The position numbers were made by a program, and so were the translations under genes. The notes under the pieces were generated by a model. The model made no database searches, was not told the origin of the DNA, and saw only the letters and a list, made by a program, of their open reading frames with translations. From an uncultured delta proteobacterium (GTDB taxonomy: Bacteria; Desulfobacterota; Desulfomonilia; Desulfomonilales; Desulfomonilaceae), in contig CAWBKB010000003.1 of assembly GCA_963789265.1 (NCBI GenBank), forward strand, positions 768,001 through 832,000: a DNA stretch of 64,000 nucleotides, given 5' to 3'. Within the stretch, counting starts at the first letter, position 1. The number at the start of each line of letters is the position of its first letter. Of the stretch, positions 9,682 through 19,016 are shown piece by piece.

Positions 9682-9869
9682 CTCGACAGGTGGTGGAACC
9701 GGATGGAACTCCTGTAGATCGTTGACGGGGAAATCATTATATCGTGCCGCCTTCGATTAGGACGCTTGTTCCGCTAACTTTCTCGGCCGAACGATCACAT
9801 GGTTCTCAAGGTCATATTCTTACGGCATGCCTAATCGAGGGACGAACATCTCGTGACATGGTGCAGCTC

Positions 9870-10094
9870 TTAAGCTACTGATTCGACGCTTTTCACCGCG
9901 GGAACTCTTTCCTTTAGAATCCTCTCGATTCCCATCTTCAGAGTCATCTGACTCATGGGACATCCGCCGCAGGCCCCTTTAAGGCGAAGCTTGACCACGC
10001 CGTCGTCAGTAACCTCGACGATCTCGGCATCTCCCCCGTCAGCCTGAAGTTGGGGACGAACCGTATCGAGGGCTGCCTGAACCTCTTCTTTCAT
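9870..10094 (-). CDS. NifU C-terminal/Nfu-type Fe-S cluster carrier
   Basis: [41 protein letters not shown] before ATG at 10094. Confidence 0.92.
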   Translation of the reverse strand: MKEEVQAALDTVRPQLQADGGDAEIVEVTDDGVVKLRLKGACGGCPMSQMTLKMGIERILKERVPAVKSVESVA

Positions 10095-10313
10095 AATCGT
10101 GCTCCTTTCGAGAAATTGCGCATTAACTTTCACGCGTAAACCATAATATCCTACTACAGATGCCGGTCAAAAGAAAGATACGCTTACAGGGCTAAATAAC
10201 TCGCTGGGCCAAGATGCTGAGCGGCGTACACGCTTCGCAACTTTTCGACCACCGTCTGGTGCCCGTCACGTAAATTCGCCGGCGACCTTTGGCACTAAAG
10301 CGGCACAGGCCTT

Positions 10314-10754
10314 TCATGTCCGTTTGTCTGCTTCGGACTTCAGCCAGGATTTCAATTCTTCTGTTATGCCGCAAGCAGCATTCTTGCACGCAAAGAATTC
10401 AACTGACTCGTCAATAAGCTCCTGTGGTGCTTCCACCTCTGAGATTACCGCGTAGTCGTTGTGACTCTGCCGTACAAGGACCAACCGAGGTGGTTTTTTG
10501 AGAGCGTTTATTTTGAAATAGGCGCTTTCCTCGTTACACGCCTTCGCGTGATCGAGACCCCGAGACCAGTTTGTCCCCCATTCCAAGTACCTGGCCACGG
10601 CATCAAAAGGATGAAGATCCCAGTCAATGAGTCGTGCAATGTCCCTGTTTTGCATGATTTCTCTTATGGTTTTCACAAACGTATTCCTTTCGTGCCGACA
10701 TGTGAAGGAACTACAATGCGCCATTCCTTCTTCTTTTGATGCAGAGTTCGCCAA
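10314..10754 (-). CDS. DVU0772-family-like protein (true start probably further downstream)
   Basis: IDWDLHPFDAVARYLEWGTNW resembles the IDW...P..AV..YLEWG.N signature of this sulfate-reducer family (recognised from memory). Confidence 0.65.
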   Translation of the reverse strand: MANSASKEEGMAHCSSFTCRHERNTFVKTIREIMQNRDIARLIDWDLHPFDAVARYLEWGTNWSRGLDHAKACNEESAYFKINALKKPPRLVLVRQSHNDYAVISEVEAPQELIDESVEFFACKNAACGITEELKSWLKSEADKRT

Positions 10755-11018
10755 AAGGTTTCGAAAATTGGTTGACGGATCGACCCGGGGTTATGTACGC
10801 TCGGAAACGGGATAAAATGGATTTCTTCGAAAATGTGAAGACGGCTTTGTCACTGTCAGCTATGGTGGGTCAGCGCGTGATCTTTCTAGGTTCGCAGAAT
10901 GAGATCAGGACTCGCAACCGGTCTCAGGACCGGCAAGATGCAAGATCGCCGCATAGTTCCAGCTCGGACGAAAACCAATGGGGCTGCTTAGGGTCGCTTG
11001 AACCAAAAGGAGAAAACC

Positions 11019-13568
11019 ATGCCGACTTATAGGAATGCCCAGGAATTTGCAGACATCCTCACCGCCCTCTGGACCAGGATATTCGCATCCTCTGAAATTA
11101 TGGAGGGCTTTAGAGGGGAGAAGCTGATCGTCAAGTTTCGATTCAGTGACTTTCAGCAGGAGCTATTCATTGATTCCACGGGTGACTCTCCCGGGCTACG
11201 ATGGAACCCTGGCGAGCATACGCCTTTCGACGTTGAGATGATCCTCGCGTCAGACACCAGCCACAAATTTTGGATGCAGGAACTCAATATTCCTTTGGCC
11301 ATTGGCACACGGAAGATCGTTGCCAAAGGTTCGGTTCAAAAGGCACTGAAGCTAATACCGGCCCTGAAGCCGGCGTTTTCGCTATACCCCGTGATTCTCA
11401 AAGAATTCGGCAGAGACGACCTTCTGAAGAAGACCGCCGCAGGAACCAGAAGACGGAGCCGGCTGGCCCGTTTATTCTCGTCGAGGCGAAGATCCAACAC
11501 CTATGATTTGAGCCTGATACCGGACTCGTCCATTCCGTTGAGCAATGGCAAACCGGAAGCAATTGAGCGGGACATGGCGCGAGAGACTGACCCTCAGCCG
11601 TCGGACGTCGATTTGTTCAAAACCATGGTCAGAATCAGGGAGTTTGAGAATCACCTCTCTCAAGCCTTCAAAGCGGGTGAGATCCCTTCCGAGGCAATTC
11701 ACCTCTCAATAGGGCAGGAGGCTGTTGCAGCCGGAGTGTGCCTGAATCTCAGGGATACGGACTATCTAAACACAACTCACAGAGGACATGGACACATTAT
11801 TGCAAAGGGCGCAGACGTCAAAGGGATGATGGCCGAACTTTACGGCAAGGCGAACGGTCTTTGCCGAGGACTGGGCGGTTCAATGCACGTGACTGACGGC
11901 AAGAAGGGCGTGTTAGGCGCAAACGGCATTGTGGCCGCGGGTTATCTGTTGGCTATGGGTGCGGGTTTTTCCATCAAGAACGCTGGGTCGTCGGACGCCA
12001 TATCTGTGGTCATTGCCGGGGATGGGTCTGTAAATCAGGGAATGTTCCATGAGGCCATGAACATGATTTCGGTCTTAGAGCTGCCCGTACTGGTGGTGGT
12101 GGAGAACAACCTGTACGGCGAATTCACGTCGGTTGAAAGGCACTCAGGCGAACCGGAGCTGTTCAAAAGGGCGCACGCCTACCGGATTGAGAGCCATCGG
12201 GTGGATGGGAATGACGTGAGGAGCGTTTCGGTAAAGGTTCGAGAAATAGTCCACAACATGCGCAAAGATCGCAAACCAAGGCTCCTGGAACTGATGACGT
12301 ATCGTTGGCACGGGCACATGGAAGGCGATCCGGAGGCGTACCGAAACAAAGATGAAGTCTCCAAGTATAAGGAATTGGACCCCATTGTGGGCCTCGAGAA
12401 ATCACTCCTCGCTGAAGGCGCGGTCCGGCAGAAAGATCTGGATTGGATCAGAGCGGCCGCGACCCGGCAAATCAAGGACGCCGAACAATACGCAGTCAAT
12501 TCGCCATCTCCTGAACTATCCACCTTGACAGAGCACATCTATGCGCCGGAGGACGGGAGGCTCTTTTCAGGCTCCTTTGATCCGGGTAACCGGGCAGTGC
12601 GCGAAATGTCGGTTTCCCAGGCAATCAATCAGGCTATTGCAGAAGAGATGGACAGGGATCAGAAGGTATTTCTATGGGGAGAAGATGTTTCCCTCGGGGG
12701 ATACTTCAACGTCACTAGCGGGCTTGTCAATAGATTCGGTCATTCGAGAGTCGTTGACACGCCTATAAGCGAAAACGGTATCGTGGGAGGCGCAGTGGGC
12801 GCGGCCATGACAGGGAGCAGACCTATCTGCGAGATCCTGTTCGCAGACTTCCTCACCTGTTGCATGGACCCGATAATGAATCAGGCGGCCAAGATACGTT
12901 TCATGACAGGCGGACAGGTCTCGGTGCCGCTTACCATACGTACCCCTGTTGGAAGTGGAATCGGCATGGCGGCTCAACACTCGCAATCCATGGAGCGGTT
13001 CTTTTTCGGCATTCCCGGACTAATTGTGTTGGCCGTTTCAGACGCTTTTACTGCCAAGGGTCTAATGAAGTCGGCAATCCGGTCTGAAAATCCGGTGCTC
13101 GTATTTGAGCACAAACTCCTTTACGCTGAGTCAGGCAATGTTCCCATCGAGGAATATACTTTGCCCATAGGCAAGGCTCGAATTGTCCTCGGAGGAGAGG
13201 ACGTCACGATCGTGACCTATTCGCTTGGAGTCAGTATCGCGAGCAAGGCGTCGGAGCTTCTTGCACAGAAAGGGATTCGCGCCGAGATCATCGACCTTGC
13301 CACTCTGTACCCCATGGACACTGAGACAATCCTACAGTCCGTACTCAAAACAGGTCACTTGGTTGTGTTGGAAGAGGCCCTCTTTAGTGGCAGCGTGGGC
13401 TCCGAGGTCGTTTCCAGGGTAGCCCTGGCCGGCTTTGGTTTGCTCAAGAAGGCGCCGGTGAAAATCTGCGCGATTGACAGCCCTATCCCGTACGCCAAGA
13501 ACCTGGAGGTCTCAATGCTTCCGGCACCCGAGAAGGTCGTAGAGACAATAGAGTCCCTGCTGAAATAG
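11019..13568 (+). CDS. Fusion: SCP2-like sterol/lipid-binding domain + TPP-dependent dehydrogenase E1 alpha + E1 beta (AcoA/AcoB-like)
   Basis: N-terminal ~135 aa with HKFW..ELNIPLAI..RKIVAKG; HLSIGQEA, THRGHGH, GDG...ENNLY (TPP), TYRWHGH; GEDV, DTPISE, HSQS, FEHKLLY; AAGGAG RBS. Confidence 0.88.
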   Translation: MPTYRNAQEFADILTALWTRIFASSEIMEGFRGEKLIVKFRFSDFQQELFIDSTGDSPGLRWNPGEHTPFDVEMILASDTSHKFWMQELNIPLAIGTRKIVAKGSVQKALKLIPALKPAFSLYPVILKEFGRDDLLKKTAAGTRRRSRLARLFSSRRRSNTYDLSLIPDSSIPLSNGKPEAIERDMARETDPQPSDVDLFKTMVRIREFENHLSQAFKAGEIPSEAIHLSIGQEAVAAGVCLNLRDTDYLNTTHRGHGHIIAKGADVKGMMAELYGKANGLCRGLGGSMHVTDGKKGVLGANGIVAAGYLLAMGAGFSIKNAGSSDAISVVIAGDGSVNQGMFHEAMNMISVLELPVLVVVENNLYGEFTSVERHSGEPELFKRAHAYRIESHRVDGNDVRSVSVKVREIVHNMRKDRKPRLLELMTYRWHGHMEGDPEAYRNKDEVSKYKELDPIVGLEKSLLAEGAVRQKDLDWIRAAATRQIKDAEQYAVNSPSPELSTLTEHIYAPEDGRLFSGSFDPGNRAVREMSVSQAINQAIAEEMDRDQKVFLWGEDVSLGGYFNVTSGLVNRFGHSRVVDTPISENGIVGGAVGAAMTGSRPICEILFADFLTCCMDPIMNQAAKIRFMTGGQVSVPLTIRTPVGSGIGMAAQHSQSMERFFFGIPGLIVLAVSDAFTAKGLMKSAIRSENPVLVFEHKLLYAESGNVPIEEYTLPIGKARIVLGGEDVTIVTYSLGVSIASKASELLAQKGIRAEIIDLATLYPMDTETILQSVLKTGHLVVLEEALFSGSVGSEVVSRVALAGFGLLKKAPVKICAIDSPIPYAKNLEVSMLPAPEKVVETIESLLK

Positions 13569-13661
13569 CCACAGGCGGCCGGGATTCGGGGCCGGATGAA
13601 TGTGAAATGCTACGTTGCCGGGATCGCAAATCCTAAAGCTCACGCAGAGGAGGGAAATACC

Positions 13662-14432
13662 ATGCCGGATTCCAAGTGCATTTTCATTACTGGAGCAGGA
13701 TCGGGGATAGGTATGGCCACAGCTCTCCATTTCTCCAGGAGGGGCTGGTTTGTGGGATTGTACGATATCAACGAGTCTGAGCTGGAAAAAGCTGCGGGTG
13801 CGCTGGAAACAGATCGGATGTGTTTTCAGAAACTTGATGTGACGGACTGGGAACAGGTCAAGGCTGCTTTGGAGCAATTTTCCCTTTGTACGGCGGGGAA
13901 GCTGCACGTGCTCTTCAACTGCGCCGGAGTTATGAAGACCGGACCCTTTGAATCGATACCTTTCGAGGCTCACCGAGCCATGACCAGAGTGAATGCAGAA
14001 GGTGTTCTGAATTGCACGTACCAAGCGTTTCCACACCTTCAGAGCTCGAGGCCGGCCATGGTAATCAGTATGGCTTCCGCTTCAGCCCTTTATGGAACAC
14101 CTGATTATGCGACCTATTCATCGACAAAGTTCTGGGTTAGGGGCTTCACGGAAGCCCTCAACATCGAATGGGAACGTCATGGCATCCACGTGTGTGACAT
14201 TATAACCCCTTTTGTTGACACGCCCCTCCTGCACGGCGACAATTCAGGGGCTATAAATTCCCTTGGCATTAAGTTATCGCCGGAAGACCTGGCTCAGGTC
14301 GTATGGCAGGCCGCGCATGGCCGCAAGGTCCACTGGCTGGTGACACCCTACATGAAGTTCAACTGGATTGTCGCCAGGAAGATGCCCGACCGTCTGGCCA
14401 GACTAATAATGAAACGAATATGTAGATACTGA
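13662..14432 (+). CDS. Classical short-chain dehydrogenase/reductase
   Basis: FITGAGSGIG, LFNCAG, SASA...YSSTK catalytic motif; GAGGAGG RBS. Confidence 0.92.
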   Translation: MPDSKCIFITGAGSGIGMATALHFSRRGWFVGLYDINESELEKAAGALETDRMCFQKLDVTDWEQVKAALEQFSLCTAGKLHVLFNCAGVMKTGPFESIPFEAHRAMTRVNAEGVLNCTYQAFPHLQSSRPAMVISMASASALYGTPDYATYSSTKFWVRGFTEALNIEWERHGIHVCDIITPFVDTPLLHGDNSGAINSLGIKLSPEDLAQVVWQAAHGRKVHWLVTPYMKFNWIVARKMPDRLARLIMKRICRY

Positions 14433-14623
14433 CACCGAAGCATTTGGTCTGTCATTACTTTACAAGCACCTTCAATGGAAGATCACGTGATACCTTTCAA
14501 AAGCCGATGAAATCCTACCTGATTCGCTACCTCTGAACAGCAAGACTTCTCTTTTTCAGTAGGTTATGATATAATAATAATATTAAACTGGATATTTTAG
14601 GGCCAACAACTGGAGGATTAGTT

Positions 14624-14893
14624 ATGAGGTATGGTGCGAAGGTCGTTGCGATCGGCATATTGATTGTGTTTGCTGCCGCAGGGGGAGTGCTGGCAGTCGG
14701 TTATGAACGTCATTATCTTGGAGCTCCGGCTGCGTCGGAGGCCAATGCTTACGACAATTCCAGGACCGACTTCTGTGCCGCCTTGAAGAAGGCTACCTTC
14801 GTGGAAAAGGTCCCGGCACTGCTCGATGAAGCGGCGGCCTTCATCAAGAACGTCCTTGTCCAATTCGGTCTGCCCGCGAACAAGACCCGGTGA
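14624..14893 (+). CDS. Hypothetical exported/membrane protein
   Basis: GGAGGA RBS; N-terminal hydrophobic segment. Confidence 0.6.
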   Translation: MRYGAKVVAIGILIVFAAAGGVLAVGYERHYLGAPAASEANAYDNSRTDFCAALKKATFVEKVPALLDEAAAFIKNVLVQFGLPANKTR

Positions 14894-15007
14894 CCTTTGA
14901 TTACGGATTTCTGTCCGATTCATTGATTTCTAGGATGATGCTGCTGCATCAGGAAATTGCTAGAGCTTGGCCATGCAACACATCCCACAGACGTGAAGGA
15001 AGCCGCG

Positions 15008-17458
15008 ATGAAACTCATGCCGATGATTTTCGTCTTATCGCTTCTGTTATACGGCCCGGTCTCCTCTCAAGCGGTCCCGGTCCGTGGAGGCCCGGATATT
15101 CATACCTCAGCTCTTCGGGCTCTTCAAGGAGGCGATGTCCAGACCGCGGTGAGCTTGCTTTCGCAGGCAATAAAGGCGGAACCTGACAATTACCGTTATT
15201 ACAATGACAGGGGGGTGGCCTATAAAAGGTTAGGAGATTTCGAGAAAGCTCTTTCGGATTATGCAAACGCCCTTAAGATTAAGCCTAACTACACCCATGC
15301 TTTGAATAACAGAGGCGTACTGTACCTTCAACAAGGTAATTATGACAAGGCGATACAGGACTTTCGTGCAGCTCTAAAGCAGGAGGGATTGAAAGGCAAA
15401 TTACACACTAATCTGGGCATAGCCCTTGCGCGCAAAGGAGATTATCAAAGCGCAATTAAAGAGTTTGAATCAGCGGTTTCGTTTCGACCGGTGGATGACA
15501 GATCATTCCTTTTCATGGCCGAATCCTTGGAGAAAGTCGGAGAGAAGGATAAGGCCCTGAAATTGTATGAGTTGGCCCAGGGGCTTGCGACGGATTCTGC
15601 TACAAGGGACTTGTTAGAAAAAAGAATAGCCTCCCTTGAGAAAAGCTTGTCCGTGACAAAAACCGCTCCTGCTTCTACTCCTGTCCGAGGTCGACAAGTC
15701 CCTGCCCATTCTCCCCGGAAAAAGCCTGTCTCTAATCAGGCAAGTGCGAAACATCCTGACGGAACACGGCAAATACTCCTGGCACGGCCTATACACCAGG
15801 CCGAGAACAAAGCAATGGTCAAACCTGCTGCAGCGCAGGACATCGGCATAGACAGCCTCCGTGCTCTCGATAGTCTTTGCCGCGACAGGGCCCTGAAAAA
15901 GTTTTCGGCTGCCTCCATAGGAATCTATCGCCAGGGGATCCAGTTTCTGGAGCAGTCCGAAATCAGGAAGGCTTTGATTAGATTTGAGGACGTTCTGCAA
16001 CTTGAGACAAGAAACAAGAATGCTCCTGCCGTGGCCTGGAGCAATCTGGAAACAGGCCGATTATACTCAAAGCTGGGGGACTACCCTACAGGAGCGGGCT
16101 TCTTGGAAGAGGCCTTGAAGCTTTTCAGGCGACTCAAGGCCACAGACGAAATAATTTTGACCCTTGTAGAGCTGGGGTCCAACCAAAAAATCGCGGGGAA
16201 TAAGGAAAGAGCCGCGGCTTTATATTCAAAGGCCACGGAAGAGGCTACATGCAAAGGTCAGTATAAGCTCGCGAAGGCGGTGTCAGACCTGGCCCGAGGC
16301 CGCAAGCCTCAGCGGCTTGCCCGAGCCGGCGCACCTCCCAAAGAACAGAGAGCTGTTCAACAAAAAATTGTTGCCCCCAAGAAAGAAGCTGTTCCGGAAA
16401 AAGAAAAACCGAGCCAAAACCACAATGTACCCAAAATTGGAAGCCGGGCTAATAGTGGCCAGAGGTCCGTGGTTCGGGTCGAATCCGGAAGCAAACCCAG
16501 GCCGGTGCCGACCGCAGTGATAACTATGAAAAAAGAGGGCAGAGCATCGAAGTCGGCACTACCCCCCGAAACAAAACCTTCATCGAAGGTCAGTGCACTT
16601 TCGCGGGAGAATGTCGCGGTCCCTGAGAAGCTCAAGCAGCCGGAAAGCAAATCCGGTCCGGACAAGGCTTTGCGTCGCGAACAGAGTACTCCTGGTGTTC
16701 CCGCGCCAAAAGCCCTTGCCGCTGAGAGCCGCGTTCCCGTGGCAAAACCTGCCCTTGCGGAAAGAAGGACGCGAGGCGAAAGAAGCATCCGGCAAAACCT
16801 GGCTGAACTGAAAAAGTTTAAGAAAACGGATGATGAAGCGAACATGATCGTCGTGCTCGAACGGCTCGCCCATAAGTATACGGGGAGAAAAGACTATAGA
16901 AAGGCTCTTGCTGCGCTGACGGCTTCACTTGCATTTCGGCAAAAACTGGGGATGGAAAAGGGGATGGAAAACATTCTGCGACAAAGCGGCCTTGTGAAGG
17001 AAAAACTGGGGGACAAAGCAGGAGCTTTGGAAGATCTTACCCGCGCAGCGGCCCAGGCTGCCGTGAACGGCGCATCCAAGACGGATAGAGCGCTGGCTGC
17101 CAGAGCTAAAAAGCTGGCTGCTTCGATCGGATTGGATTCGGACGCGGCGCTCCGGGCATTTCGGCTCCTATGGAAAGCGCGCTTGGCAGGAAATAACCAC
17201 GGGGACACCGAGGCGCTGTATTTGATAGGCAAGCTTTACGATGAGGCGGACAAGCCTTTTGAGGCTCTTCAGTATTACGAGCGATCATCTGCTTCTATGT
17301 TGGCTGATAAGGCGCGACTCTACGAAAAGATTGGAAAGACGAGTATGGCGGAGCAATCGTATAATGAGGCCCTGGAACGCTTCAGAAAGCTGGATTATTC
17401 GCGCTATCTCAACCTTTTACAAAAACTGCACGCGCCAAAGAGACTATCTCGTCACTAA
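15008..17458 (+). CDS. Exported tetratricopeptide-repeat protein with low-complexity linkers
   Basis: Signal-peptide-like N-terminus; TPRs (YYNDRGVAY, ALNNRGVLY, LHTNLGIAL); Pro/Lys/Ala-rich spacers. Confidence 0.85.
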   Translation: MKLMPMIFVLSLLLYGPVSSQAVPVRGGPDIHTSALRALQGGDVQTAVSLLSQAIKAEPDNYRYYNDRGVAYKRLGDFEKALSDYANALKIKPNYTHALNNRGVLYLQQGNYDKAIQDFRAALKQEGLKGKLHTNLGIALARKGDYQSAIKEFESAVSFRPVDDRSFLFMAESLEKVGEKDKALKLYELAQGLATDSATRDLLEKRIASLEKSLSVTKTAPASTPVRGRQVPAHSPRKKPVSNQASAKHPDGTRQILLARPIHQAENKAMVKPAAAQDIGIDSLRALDSLCRDRALKKFSAASIGIYRQGIQFLEQSEIRKALIRFEDVLQLETRNKNAPAVAWSNLETGRLYSKLGDYPTGAGFLEEALKLFRRLKATDEIILTLVELGSNQKIAGNKERAAALYSKATEEATCKGQYKLAKAVSDLARGRKPQRLARAGAPPKEQRAVQQKIVAPKKEAVPEKEKPSQNHNVPKIGSRANSGQRSVVRVESGSKPRPVPTAVITMKKEGRASKSALPPETKPSSKVSALSRENVAVPEKLKQPESKSGPDKALRREQSTPGVPAPKALAAESRVPVAKPALAERRTRGERSIRQNLAELKKFKKTDDEANMIVVLERLAHKYTGRKDYRKALAALTASLAFRQKLGMEKGMENILRQSGLVKEKLGDKAGALEDLTRAAAQAAVNGASKTDRALAARAKKLAASIGLDSDAALRAFRLLWKARLAGNNHGDTEALYLIGKLYDEADKPFEALQYYERSSASMLADKARLYEKIGKTSMAEQSYNEALERFRKLDYSRYLNLLQKLHAPKRLSRH

Positions 17459-17556
17459 ATAGACCGGCATACAAGGGCGCTTCCACCGGTCGTGTCAGGA
17501 TTTGAAGATCCAAAGAACTCCGAAGCCTCAACTGTCAATTAGCGGTTCCGGTTTTT

Positions 17557-17739
17557 ATGATAACCAGATTCCTCACCAGCAACTGGTTTGCTGCTCTGAT
17601 CCTAGTCATAGCAGCCGGCTCCCTGGTTGTGCTCTATATAAGCGGGAGAACCACGGAAGCAGTTTTGGGAGGCGCATTACTATTTTTGGCCCTTGTGCTC
17701 ATTCTGATGGGCGTAAAGAAAAGCGACGGTGACAGATAG
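17557..17739 (+). CDS. Small two-TM hypothetical protein
   Basis: Two hydrophobic helices in 60 aa. Confidence 0.5.
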   Translation: MITRFLTSNWFAALILVIAAGSLVVLYISGRTTEAVLGGALLFLALVLILMGVKKSDGDR

Positions 17740-17769
17740 GCTATTGATAACTGTTCACCGGACTTTGTA

Positions 17770-17804
17770 ATCGGTATCCCGCGTCTCGCGGGACCGGTCC
17801 CACC
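17770..17804 (-). repeat. GTGG-type REP-like hairpin containing the CCCGCGAGACGCGGG mini-palindrome
   Basis: Minus strand reads ggtgggaccggtcccgcgagacgcgggataccgat; inner hairpin identical to that reconstituted at 3941-4157. Confidence 0.55.
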
Positions 17805-17980
17805 AGGATCATAGGGCCGGAGTCCCTGCCCGCGATCCCCTAGACTCGGCAAACCCTATTCACATACTACCGGTTAGAGCAATTGATAGCGGCGACACTT
17901 TTGATCGTCACCCCCTGACCGCAGAATCTTCGCGGAAATTATAGAATGCTTCGACATGCTCAGAGGTTTACGCGCCGTAC

Positions 17981-18265
17981 TTACGGACTGGTGGTTTGAT
18001 AGCTATAGGAAAATTTGAGCCCGTTGCAGCCGTCCGAACATACTCGGTAACCGTAAGCATAGCACGCAAGGTCGGCGTCGTAGCCGGTATCGGGAGTCTG
18101 ATCCACGGGTATGATAAAAGCGAAATTTCCTACCGAGTTGTCCTGTAGACAGCGGCAGGTTATATGACACTTTATTCCGACTTGCCCTCCCCATACCGCC
18201 GAAAATGTGCCCACTGCCAAAAGAGTGGCCAACACAAGGATGATTCTAATTTTCGAATGAGCCAT
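17981..18265 (-). CDS. Small secreted Cys-rich hypothetical protein
   Basis: Signal-peptide-like N-terminus; six Cys in mature part. Confidence 0.6.
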   Translation of the reverse strand: MAHSKIRIILVLATLLAVGTFSAVWGGQVGIKCHITCRCLQDNSVGNFAFIIPVDQTPDTGYDADLACYAYGYRVCSDGCNGLKFSYSYQTTSP

Positions 18266-18417
18266 AGGTTCACCGCTCTTCGTAATGAAGTCGAAGTTTA
18301 TCACAGCTTATTCAAGCAATGCAACGAAGCTCGGAGCACGCGCGACAATTTTTCTACAAATTGCTTGATGAATTATTCACAACATGTTATAATAAATTAT
18401 CATATCGGAGGCTTATT

Positions 18418-18912
18418 ATGTCAAAGAATTTTTTTGTGAGAATCTTGGTGATGGTGTTTTGTTCACTTACCATTGGATCCCAGGTCTTTGCATTCGGAGA
18501 GGATATTCTCGGCCTAACCGGCCAGTATACCTTTTTCATCAGGCCGGTCCCGGGCTGGGATGTTACTTACTACCAGAGAATGGTTCCCTGTGTAGCACAA
18601 GAAACCGTTCTTGTTCCGCACAGGGTGGTTCAGACGTACCCACTTCCCGTTCCTGCTATGCGTCAGCAGCCGATAGACATCACTGAAAATCCTGTTGGGT
18701 GCGCCCAAGGCTCGGGCCCGTGTGTTCGATGCCGTCCGATGCCGTCCTGTAGGCCTGCCTCCAAGGCCGTGGTGACACCAATGGTTGTCCCTGTCGGCGT
18801 CCCGGGGATAGACCTAACCCCCAAATGTGTGACGCGTCCCGTCATGCTTCCTCAGTGGTTCGCGGTTACCGAAACGCCAAGAATTATCCGAAAGGTCTCA
18901 AAGGTTCGATAG
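18418..18912 (+). CDS. Secreted Pro/Cys-rich hypothetical protein
   Basis: GGAGG RBS; signal peptide ending VFA; Pro/Val/Cys-rich. Confidence 0.6.
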   Translation: MSKNFFVRILVMVFCSLTIGSQVFAFGEDILGLTGQYTFFIRPVPGWDVTYYQRMVPCVAQETVLVPHRVVQTYPLPVPAMRQQPIDITENPVGCAQGSGPCVRCRPMPSCRPASKAVVTPMVVPVGVPGIDLTPKCVTRPVMLPQWFAVTETPRIIRKVSKVR

Positions 18913-19016
18913 AACCCTTAGTCGCTGAGATTCCTCACCAACACAATTTCGCGCTGTTGAATTAAGCGCGGATGCGTGCTAGGTTAAACTCAAACTCTTT
19001 CAGCATGGAGATCTTT

